From Koleobacter methoxysyntrophicus (GTDB lineage Bacteria > Bacillota > Thermosediminibacteria > Koleobacterales > Koleobacteraceae): a stretch of DNA of 24,000 nucleotides. A program made the position numbers and the translations under genes. The stretch spans positions 2,468,888-2,492,887 of the forward strand of contig NZ_CP059066.1 in NCBI RefSeq assembly GCF_017301615.1. Direction: 5' to 3'. Positions 16,181-23,617 of this stretch are shown here, in pieces. The notes beneath the pieces are model-generated. The model did not search any database and had not been told where the DNA came from. It saw only the letters and a list, made by a program, of their open reading frames with translations. How positions within the stretch are numbered: position 1 is the first letter of the stretch; each line of letters starts with the position of its first letter.

Positions 16181-17404
16181 ATGGGCATGACTGTATTAAC
16201 AGTTGGAGAAGTAACCAAATATATAAAACAAACCTTTGTATCTGACCCCATTTTGAATAATGTATATGTTAAGGGAGAAGTATCTAATTATATTAAACAT
16301 ACTTCGGGTCACATGTATTTTACGCTAAAAGACAAAACTAGTAAATTGAAATGTGTTATGTTTAGCAATAGGAACAGGCTGATTAATTTTAGTATTAGCA
16401 ACGGAATGAAAGTTATAGTAGGTGGGTATATTTCTGTTTATGAGCGTGATGGAATATATCAACTATATGCCGAAGAAATACAGCCGGATGGCATAGGGTC
16501 CCTTTATCTGGCTTTTGAAGAATTAAAACAGAAGTTAGAAAAAGAGGGTTTATTTAAGCCGGAGCATAAAAAGAAAATCCCAGCTTTACCGAGAAATATT
16601 GGATTGGTCACTTCTACCACAGGAGCAGCAGTAAGGGATTTTTTAACGGTTGTTAAAAGGCGTTTTCCTGGTGTAAATATATACCTGGTACCGGTACTGG
16701 TTCAAGGAGTTCAAGCTTCAGAACAGATATCTAATGCAATAGATACATTAAACAGATACAGCAACATAGACTTAATTGTATTGACGAGGGGTGGAGGTTC
16801 CATTGAAGAGCTCTGGGCCTTCAATGAGGAAAGGGTAGCTAGAAGCATATTCAGCTCCAAAATCCCTATTGTATCTGCGGTAGGTCATGAAAGGGACTTT
16901 ACGATAGCCGATTTCGTTGCAGATTTAAGGGCACCTACGCCATCAGCTGCGGGGGAACTGGTAGTCCCTGTTAAACGGGAATTAGAAGTAAAAATTAATA
17001 CTTTGTTAAGGCAACTAAATTTCCAAATTGGCAGGAAAATCATTTCAAATAAAGAAAAGTTGAGTTATTTAAAAAAGAGACTGTATTCAAGGCCTGAAGA
17101 TTTTATTTATCAAAAACAGCAGGAAATCGATAACATTACAAAAGACCTTTTTAGAAATCTCAAGAGTTTATTGGAAAGAAAGAACAGCTTATTTATGAGA
17201 TTGGTAGAAAAAATGGAAGCCTTAAGCCCGTTAAAGGTATTATCCAGAGGGTATTCTATTACGAGAAAATATAACGATAAAACAATTATTAAAGATATAA
17301 AAGCCTTAAAAAAAGGTGAGATTTTAGAAACTTTATTATATAAAGGCCAAATTTTGAGTCAGATTATCAAATTAGAGGAAGGGAGAACCGAGTATGGAAA
17401 CTGA
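16181..17404 (+). CDS. xseA: exodeoxyribonuclease VII large subunit
   Basis: 407 aa with an N-terminal OB fold (VSNYIKHTSGHMYFTLKD), a catalytic core (GLVTSTTGAAVRDF, RGGGSIEELWAFNEE, GHERDFTIADFVAD.RAPTPSAA) and a C-terminal coiled coil. Confidence 0.93.
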   Translation: MGMTVLTVGEVTKYIKQTFVSDPILNNVYVKGEVSNYIKHTSGHMYFTLKDKTSKLKCVMFSNRNRLINFSISNGMKVIVGGYISVYERDGIYQLYAEEIQPDGIGSLYLAFEELKQKLEKEGLFKPEHKKKIPALPRNIGLVTSTTGAAVRDFLTVVKRRFPGVNIYLVPVLVQGVQASEQISNAIDTLNRYSNIDLIVLTRGGGSIEELWAFNEERVARSIFSSKIPIVSAVGHERDFTIADFVADLRAPTPSAAGELVVPVKRELEVKINTLLRQLNFQIGRKIISNKEKLSYLKKRLYSRPEDFIYQKQQEIDNITKDLFRNLKSLLERKNSLFMRLVEKMEALSPLKVLSRGYSITRKYNDKTIIKDIKALKKGEILETLLYKGQILSQIIKLEEGRTEYGN

Positions 17405-17633
17405 TAATTTAACCTTTGAAACAGCTTTAAAAAATTTGGAACAGGTGGTAGATTTATTAGAAAAAGGAGATTTACCGCTGGAGGAGGCATTGAAGGAATT
17501 TGAAAAAGGGGTAAAGCTTGCCCGCTTTTGTACCAGAAAACTAAATGAAGTAGAAGGGAAGGTTAATTTGCTTATTGAAAAAGACGGAGGAGAATTCATT
17601 TTAGAAGAATTTAAAATTTCCGAGGGGGAATAA
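17394..17633 (+). CDS. xseB: exodeoxyribonuclease VII small subunit
   Basis: 79 aa. LTFETALKNLEQVVDLLEKGDLPLEEALKEFEKGVKLARFC is the canonical XseB helix-hairpin. It overlaps xseA by 11 nt. Confidence 0.93.
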   Translation: METDNLTFETALKNLEQVVDLLEKGDLPLEEALKEFEKGVKLARFCTRKLNEVEGKVNLLIEKDGGEFILEEFKISEGE

Positions 17634-17638
17634 GATCG

Positions 17639-18526
17639 ATGGATTTAAAACAATATTTCCGAGAAAGAAGGGATATCATAGAAAAAGCTCTAGACAAGTT
17701 TCTTCCCCCTGAAAGCGAATACCCGGAGATTATCCATAAAGCTATAAGGTATAGTGTTTTTGCAGGAGGGAAACGGCTTAGACCCATTCTCGTAATGGCT
17801 GGGGCAGAGGCTGTAGGGGGGTCTATACATGATGTTCTCCCCATAGCCTGTGGAATCGAGTTTATTCACACATATTCCCTAATACATGATGACCTTCCGG
17901 CCCTTGATAACGATGATTTTAGAAGGGGAAAACCAACCAATCATAAGGTTTTCGGGGAAGATATTGCTATTCTTGCTGGAGATGCTTTATTAACCTTAGC
18001 TTTTGAAGTTATTTCTGGACACTATAACAGGAGTAAAGGATTTGATAAAGTTTTAAGGATAATAAATGAGATTGCCAGAGCTTGTGGAACCATGGGGATG
18101 ATAGGAGGACAGGTGATAGATCTAGAATCCGAGGGGAGAGAAATTGATTTTAAAACCCTTGATTATATCCATAATCATAAGACAGGAGCTTTAATTACCA
18201 CTTCCATAAGGGTAGGAGCTATTTATTCCGACGCAACAGAAAACCAACTCGAAATTCTTACCGGATATGCCGAAAAAATAGGCCTTTTATATCAAATTGT
18301 TGATGACCTGCTGGATATAAAAGGAGACATCAAAAAAACAGGCAAATCTGTGGGGAGTGATATTAAGAACAATAAATCCACTTATCCTGCTATTTACGGA
18401 TTGGAAAAAGCCCAGCAGATTGCCTGTATTTTAGCCGGGGAGGCAAAGGATTATGCTAGTAATTTAGGGGAAAAGGGGAAATTTTTTATCCATTTTGCCG
18501 ACTATTTGCTTACCAGGGAATCATAA
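17639..18526 (+). CDS. ispA: (2E,6E)-farnesyl diphosphate synthase / polyprenyl synthetase
   Basis: 295 aa with the first and second aspartate-rich motifs (LIHDDLPALDNDDFRRG and QIVDDLLD), the GGKRLRP motif, and its position after xseB. Confidence 0.92.
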   Translation: MDLKQYFRERRDIIEKALDKFLPPESEYPEIIHKAIRYSVFAGGKRLRPILVMAGAEAVGGSIHDVLPIACGIEFIHTYSLIHDDLPALDNDDFRRGKPTNHKVFGEDIAILAGDALLTLAFEVISGHYNRSKGFDKVLRIINEIARACGTMGMIGGQVIDLESEGREIDFKTLDYIHNHKTGALITTSIRVGAIYSDATENQLEILTGYAEKIGLLYQIVDDLLDIKGDIKKTGKSVGSDIKNNKSTYPAIYGLEKAQQIACILAGEAKDYASNLGEKGKFFIHFADYLLTRES

Positions 18527-18542
18527 ACAGGGAGGTTGATTA

Positions 18543-18989
18543 GTGTATTCCTTTGTTTTGCTTTTTCAAAACCCTATATTAATAACGGCAGTTGCTGCAT
18601 GGTTTTCAGCTCAGACCCTGAAAATTATAGTTGTAATGGTATTAACTAAAAAGATAGATTTTAAGAGGTTTATAAGTGCTGGTGGTATGCCGAGTTCCCA
18701 TTCTGCACTGGTAACGTCAATGGCAACAGCTATCGGAAAGATTGAAGGTTGGTCTTCACCTATTACTGCCTTAGCTGTGGTTGTAGCTTTAATAGTAATG
18801 TATGATGCTGCCGGAGTTAGACGCTCAGCTGGTAAACAGGCCGAGGTTATAAATAAAATTATAGAGGAATTTCTTCGGCCCCAGAGGCTGATTAAGGAAG
18901 AGAGATTAAAAGAATTAATTGGCCATACCCCAACAGAAGTTTTTGCTGGGGGTATACTTGGAATTATAATAGCCAATATACTTATATGA
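18543..18989 (+). CDS. divergent PAP2 family (DUF212) membrane protein, putative lipid/polyprenyl phosphate phosphatase
   Basis: 148-aa polytopic protein with GGMPSSHSA, AAGVRRSAG and LIGHTPTEVFAGG motifs typical of the divergent PAP2/DUF212 family. GGGAGG precedes the GTG start. Confidence 0.8.
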   Translation: MYSFVLLFQNPILITAVAAWFSAQTLKIIVVMVLTKKIDFKRFISAGGMPSSHSALVTSMATAIGKIEGWSSPITALAVVVALIVMYDAAGVRRSAGKQAEVINKIIEEFLRPQRLIKEERLKELIGHTPTEVFAGGILGIIIANILI

Positions 18990-18992
18990 AAC

Positions 18993-19020
18993 TTGAATAT
19001 AACGAAAAATATGCTATAAT
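18993..19020 (+). promoter_or_regulatory. sigma-A-type promoter with extended -10 immediately upstream of the large ncRNA
   Basis: TTGAAT (18993-18998), a 16-nt spacer, then TGcTATAAT (19012-19020). The predicted start lies about 12 nt before the 5' strand of the RNA closing helix. Confidence 0.6.
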
Positions 19021-19039
19021 GATAGACGGATTTATTAAT

Positions 19040-19632
19040 GGTAGATGGCGCAGTATTCTAGTCAGTATTATATTTCCTGAAGGCGGGGCTAAAAATCCGT
19101 CATAGGGCACATCGATGAAGTTCCTGGTATTGGCTGCCAACGCCCAGTTGGGGGTCAGTGCTGGGAGTTAAGGAAGATGGGGCGATCTACAAAGGCATGT
19201 AGGCGTTGACCCCGCTTCCGTGGAGACTCAGACAGGTTTAATTATACAGGAACCTTCTGAGGAAACCTACATTCCGGTATTGCCAGAAGATGCTGGGTGT
19301 AGCGTAGCCTGCCTTGAGTGATTTGGGTGGGATAAAGGTTTTAAACCTCAAGATTCAAGGGCCCTTGAAGTAGAGGCTATGCCTTTTGAAACCCAAATTG
19401 CAAAAGGGGCTAGGGAAATATTAATACTGCCGAGGAAAACTCCTAGACTGTTCTTATGAAGAGACATATCGGGGATTACAGTGCGGTCTGAGTGGCAATC
19501 TAGCCCTGTGCTCGGAAACGGTACAGAAGCAGTCATAAAGGGAAACCGCCTGACTGGCGACGGTCGGGTGACTGCTTGGGAAATCCTGCTAGACCTAAGC
19601 CGCAAAATTTACCTGATATGTTGCCATCTACC
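19040..19632 (+). ncRNA. ole: OLE (ornate, large, extremophilic) RNA candidate
   Basis: The 678-nt gap between CDSs has no + strand ORF in the track. There is a local G+C rise. A perfect 10-bp closing helix joins ggtagatggc (19040-19049) and gccatctacc (19623-19632). Several perfect internal helices are present, for example 19527-19535 with 19569-19577 and 19305-19310 with 19374-19379. The genomic context xseAB-ispA-[RNA]-4TM protein-dxs-tlyA-nadK matches published OLE loci. Exact ends are uncertain. Confidence 0.85.
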
Positions 19633-19667
19633 TCAATAACGACCATTTATTTTATGGGGGATTTTTT

Positions 19668-20243
19668 TTGAATCGAAGTAAAAGAAAATATAAATATAAA
19701 AAGGCATGGATCTATAAGATATTTATATTGACTTTTATTATAGCCTTTTTAATAAGCTTTTCTTCAGAAAATCTGATTAAAGCCCTAAATTTAATATTGG
19801 CTTTTTTTATTTTAATAATTATAATCTTAATAGGTATTATATTTGATATCGTAGGTGTTGCTGTTACCGCTGCTAAAGAACCGCCCTTTCATGCTATGTC
19901 GGCAGATAAAGTAAAAGGAGCAAAGGAAGCGGTTAAATTGATAAGAAATGCGGATATAGTATCAAATTTTTGTAATGATGTTATTGGTGATATATCAGGT
20001 ACTATAAGTGGCGCTGCTGGTGCTGCAATTGTCTTGAAAATATTTAACTATTACAGTATTATTGATAAGGCTATGTTTAGTATAATAGTTACCAGTTTAA
20101 TTGCTACATTGACCGTCGGAGGAAAAGCAATAGGGAAAGGTATCGCTATTTCTAGATGTCAAGAAATAGTTTTAAAAGTGGGTTTATTACTTTATTACCT
20201 TAATACCAAGTTTAGAATCCAAATTTTGAAAAATAATAAATAG
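19668..20243 (+). CDS. oapA: OLE-associated protein A (OapA)-like four-TM membrane protein
   Basis: 191 aa (about 21 kDa) with a basic N-terminus (NRSKRKYKYKK) and four predicted TM helices. A DxxxD motif (D104-VIG-D108) follows NADIVSNFCN. It starts 35 nt after the RNA with no intervening terminator. GGGGGA lies 6 nt upstream of the TTG start. Confidence 0.8.
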   Translation: MNRSKRKYKYKKAWIYKIFILTFIIAFLISFSSENLIKALNLILAFFILIIIILIGIIFDIVGVAVTAAKEPPFHAMSADKVKGAKEAVKLIRNADIVSNFCNDVIGDISGTISGAAGAAIVLKIFNYYSIIDKAMFSIIVTSLIATLTVGGKAIGKGIAISRCQEIVLKVGLLLYYLNTKFRIQILKNNK

Positions 20244-20258
20244 AAAGGTTTAAGTAAA

Positions 20259-22172
20259 ATGGTTGGAAATCTACATTTGTTAAAAAGGATAAAAAGTCCA
20301 GAAGATTTAAAAAAAATGAGCTATAACGACTTGGAGATTCTAGCCGAAGAAATAAGAAGATATATCCTTGAGGTAGTTTCTAAAAATGGCGGTCATCTGG
20401 CTTCAAATTTAGGAGTTGTCGAATTAACAATAGCTTTGCATAAGGTATTTTCAAGTCCAAGGGATAAGATCATATGGGATGTCGGCCATCAATCTTATGT
20501 ACATAAACTGCTAACGGGCAGATTTGATGAATTTTCAAAGCTGCGGCAATATAAAGGCATTAGCGGTTTTCCTAAAAGGAAGGAAAGTATTCACGATATA
20601 TTCGAAACGGGTCACAGCAGCACTTCCATCTCTGCTGCTGTAGGTTTTGCCCATATAAGAGATTTAACCGAAGAAAAATATGAGGTAATAGCTGTCATCG
20701 GAGATGGGGCATTAACAGGTGGAATGGCCTTTGAAGCATTGAATTATGCAGGACACGTAAAAAAGGATTTTATAGTAATTTTAAATGATAATGAAATGTC
20801 TATTTCACCCAATATAGGTGGACTATCATCGTATCTAACACGTCTAAGGGCTGACCCTGCTTATTATAAGCTGAAATCAGATGTGGAATATATTTTGAAT
20901 AATATTCCTGCTATTGGTAAAAGTGTAGCTAAAACCATTGAAAGAGTAAAGGGCAGTTTGAAATATTTCCTTGTTCCAGGAATGCTATTTGAGGAATTAG
21001 GGTTTAAATATTTCGGGCCCCTAGATGGTCATAATATTAAACAGGTGGTTTCAACACTGGAGATGGCCAAAAAAACTAAAGGGCCTAAAATTATACATGT
21101 AATAACAAAAAAGGGAAAGGGTTACCGTTTTGCTGAAGAAAATCCCGACTATTTTCACGGAATCGCACCATTTGATATAGATACTGGTAGGGTTATAAAA
21201 CCAAAAAAGGGACCTTCATATTCTGAAGTTTTTGGTGATTTTTTATGCACGTTAGCTGAAAGAAATGATAAAATAGTGGCAATAACGGCTGCAATGCCTG
21301 ATGGAACAGGATTAAGGAAGTTTTCACAAAGATTTCCTAATAGATTTTTTGATGTTGGCATAGCAGAACAGCATGCTGTTACTATGGCGGCCGCAATGGC
21401 AATGGAAGGTTTTATACCTGTTGTTGCTATATATTCTACATTTCTGCAAAGGGCATATGACCAAATAATTCATGATGTATGCCTGCAAAATTTGCCTGTA
21501 ATTTTTGCAGTAGACAGGGCGGGGATAGTAGGAGAAGATGGAGAAACCCATCATGGTGTTTTTGATCTTTCTTTTTTGAGGCATATTCCGAATATGGTCG
21601 TCATGTCACCCAAAGATGAAAGCGAATTAAAGAGTATGCTTATTACGGCAGTAAAATCATCTAGCCCAGTTGCTATCAGGTATCCTAGGGGTAGCGGTAT
21701 AGGAGTTGATAAAAATCAAGACATTAATCCAATTGAAATCGGACGGGGAGAGATTTTAAGAAAAGGAAAGGATATCAACATATTATCAATAGGTTCTATG
21801 GTATATCCTTCCCTTGAAGCCGCCAAAATGTTAACGGATCACAGAATAGATGCCTGTGTTGTCAACTGTAGGTTTTTAAAGCCAATAGATGGGGAGCTAT
21901 TAAAAAGACTTGCCGAAATTTCCCCCTACTTTATAACAGTAGAAGAAAACGCATTACAGGGTGGTTTTGGAAGTGCTGTTCTTGAATTTTTTGAACGAGA
22001 AAATTTATTCGATTTAAAAATAAAAAGACTGGGTATCCCTGATAAATTTCTTTTACAAGGTCCAAGAGAGCTCCTCTTAAAAGAAATTGATTTAACCCCT
22101 GAAGGTATTGTTAATGATGTTCTAACGATTCTAAGGAGTGAAAACTTTGGCCGGGAAAAAACAAAGACTTGA
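20259..22172 (+). CDS. dxs: 1-deoxy-D-xylulose-5-phosphate synthase
   Basis: 637 aa. GGHLASNLGVVELTIALH, DVGHQSY.HK, the ThDP motif GDGALTGGMAFEALN, and DVGIAEQHAVT are canonical DXS segments. Confidence 0.96.
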   Translation: MVGNLHLLKRIKSPEDLKKMSYNDLEILAEEIRRYILEVVSKNGGHLASNLGVVELTIALHKVFSSPRDKIIWDVGHQSYVHKLLTGRFDEFSKLRQYKGISGFPKRKESIHDIFETGHSSTSISAAVGFAHIRDLTEEKYEVIAVIGDGALTGGMAFEALNYAGHVKKDFIVILNDNEMSISPNIGGLSSYLTRLRADPAYYKLKSDVEYILNNIPAIGKSVAKTIERVKGSLKYFLVPGMLFEELGFKYFGPLDGHNIKQVVSTLEMAKKTKGPKIIHVITKKGKGYRFAEENPDYFHGIAPFDIDTGRVIKPKKGPSYSEVFGDFLCTLAERNDKIVAITAAMPDGTGLRKFSQRFPNRFFDVGIAEQHAVTMAAAMAMEGFIPVVAIYSTFLQRAYDQIIHDVCLQNLPVIFAVDRAGIVGEDGETHHGVFDLSFLRHIPNMVVMSPKDESELKSMLITAVKSSSPVAIRYPRGSGIGVDKNQDINPIEIGRGEILRKGKDINILSIGSMVYPSLEAAKMLTDHRIDACVVNCRFLKPIDGELLKRLAEISPYFITVEENALQGGFGSAVLEFFERENLFDLKIKRLGIPDKFLLQGPRELLLKEIDLTPEGIVNDVLTILRSENFGREKTKT

Positions 22173-22971
22173 TAGTTTGCTTGTTGAAAAGGGTTTTTTT
22201 GATAGCAGGGAACGGGCAAAAAGGGCTATAATGGCCGGTCTTGTGTTAGTAGATGAAAAATTGATCGATAAACCGGGTGCAAGAATTGATGATAGAAGCA
22301 TTATCATTGTAAAGGGTGATCCGATTCCTTATGTAAGTAGAGGAGGTCTTAAGCTAGAAAAAGCTATCAGGGTGTTCAATATCGATGTAAAAGACAGTAT
22401 TGCCATTGATGTGGGCGCATCAACAGGAGGGTTTACACACTGTCTTTTAGAATTTGGAGCAAAAAAAGTATATGCTATAGATGTCGGATATGGGCAATTA
22501 GCTTGGAAATTACGTAAAGACCCTAGAGTGATTCCTATGGAAAGGAAAAACATCAGATATCTTACCCTTGATGACTTAGATGAACGGTGTGATATAGCTA
22601 CTATCGATGTTTCTTTCATTTCATTGAAAAAGGTTATTCCATCCGTCTTAAACCTCCTTGTCGAAACGGGTGAAATAATAGCCCTTATTAAACCCCAATT
22701 TGAAACTCAAAAGGAAAAAGTAGGGAAGAAAGGTGTTGTTAAATCTGCTGTTGTACATAAGGAGGTCATTTATTCAATTATAGAATTTATTGAAGAACAG
22801 GGCCTTAGTTTTAATAACTTGACCTATTCACCTATAAAAGGACCGGAAGGAAATATTGAATTTTTAATTCATATTTCCAAAATCCATCATTCACCTGATT
22901 CATTAAATACATTTGACAAACTTTCTTTAATTTCTACAGTTGTAAATAATGCTCATAAAGAGCTTTTATAA
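22138..22971 (+). CDS. tlyA: TlyA family rRNA (cytidine-2'-O)-methyltransferase
   Basis: S4 domain (RLDSLLVEKGFFDSRERAKRAIMAGLVLVD), YVSRGG.KLE, and the SAM motif AIDVGASTGGFT. The start is ambiguous: the GTG at 22138 overlaps the SD AAGGAG, while the TTG at 22147 has 8-nt spacing. It overlaps the end of dxs. Confidence 0.88.
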   Translation: MKTLAGKKQRLDSLLVEKGFFDSRERAKRAIMAGLVLVDEKLIDKPGARIDDRSIIIVKGDPIPYVSRGGLKLEKAIRVFNIDVKDSIAIDVGASTGGFTHCLLEFGAKKVYAIDVGYGQLAWKLRKDPRVIPMERKNIRYLTLDDLDERCDIATIDVSFISLKKVIPSVLNLLVETGEIIALIKPQFETQKEKVGKKGVVKSAVVHKEVIYSIIEFIEEQGLSFNNLTYSPIKGPEGNIEFLIHISKIHHSPDSLNTFDKLSLISTVVNNAHKELL

Positions 22972-22978
22972 ATTCTAT

Positions 22979-23007
22979 TAGTATGCTTTAAAGCATGCTA
23001 TTTTTTT
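22979..23007 (+). terminator. rho-independent terminator after tlyA
   Basis: A 9-bp stem (tagtatgct with agcatgcta, one G-U pair), tetraloop ttaa, then T7 (23001-23007). Confidence 0.72.
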
Positions 23008-23083
23008 AAAGGAAAATTCCTTTTTTTGTTGAATATAGTCTTAGCAGAAAAAAATTGAAAAAAGAATTGCATAAAGGATAAGG

Positions 23084-23605
23084 ATGTTTTATATGAAAGC
23101 CATCGATTTTCTCATTATAGGATGTATTGTCGGAGCCATTTTTATAACCCTTATGAAAAAATGGTTTAATAGACGTATCATAATTAAAAGAATAGAAAAG
23201 GCAAAACGTGGAGAAAAAGATGCTATAAAGTTGCTAAAAGCTCAAGGCTTTAAAATACTCAATGTGCAGGAGAGGAAACCATTAACAACCTATATAAACG
23301 GAAAACCTTATACTAACTACGTACAGGTAGATATAATAGCTGAAAAAAGGAAAAAGAAATATATAGCTGAAGTAAAAACTGGAACAAGGGCTGTTCAGAC
23401 AACTAATCCGAATACCCGGAGGCAACTCCTTGAATATTATCTTGTCTATAAACCTGAAGGGATACTTTTATTGGATATGTCAAATAAAAAAATAAATGAA
23501 GTTCATTTTGATATTATAAAACCCTTCAATAAGGCAACAATAGAAATGATAAAAATTCTCATAGTTTTTATAGCTGGACTAATTGCCGGGGCTATTATAG
23601 GTTAA
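23084..23605 (+). CDS. hypothetical membrane-anchored protein with a PD-(D/E)xK (YraN/Hjc-like) nuclease-fold core
   Basis: 173 aa with an N-terminal TM (AIDFLIIGCIVGAIFITLM) and a C-terminal TM (ILIVFIAGLIAGAIIG). The core, GEKDAIKLLKAQGFKIL ... VDIIAEKRKKKYIAEVKTG, reproduces the E...D-x12-E-x-K arrangement of YraN/Hjc-type endonucleases. The ATG at 23093 is an alternative start. Confidence 0.7.
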   Translation: MFYMKAIDFLIIGCIVGAIFITLMKKWFNRRIIIKRIEKAKRGEKDAIKLLKAQGFKILNVQERKPLTTYINGKPYTNYVQVDIIAEKRKKKYIAEVKTGTRAVQTTNPNTRRQLLEYYLVYKPEGILLLDMSNKKINEVHFDIIKPFNKATIEMIKILIVFIAGLIAGAIIG

Positions 23606-23617
23606 GGAGTTGAATAT

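Noticed and set aside
15823-16251. 142-aa minus-strand ORF
   Set aside because: It is antisense to nusB and the xseA start. It is a shadow ORF with no recognisable motifs.
18611-18976. 121-aa minus-strand ORF
   Set aside because: It is antisense to the PAP2/DUF212 gene, which carries clear family motifs on the + strand.
19348-19605. 85-aa minus-strand ORF inside the 18990-19667 gap
   Set aside because: It has no SD. Its R/S/P-rich composition is unlike every other protein in this window. It lies entirely within a helix-rich, G+C-enriched segment that is better explained as the OLE-like RNA on the + strand.
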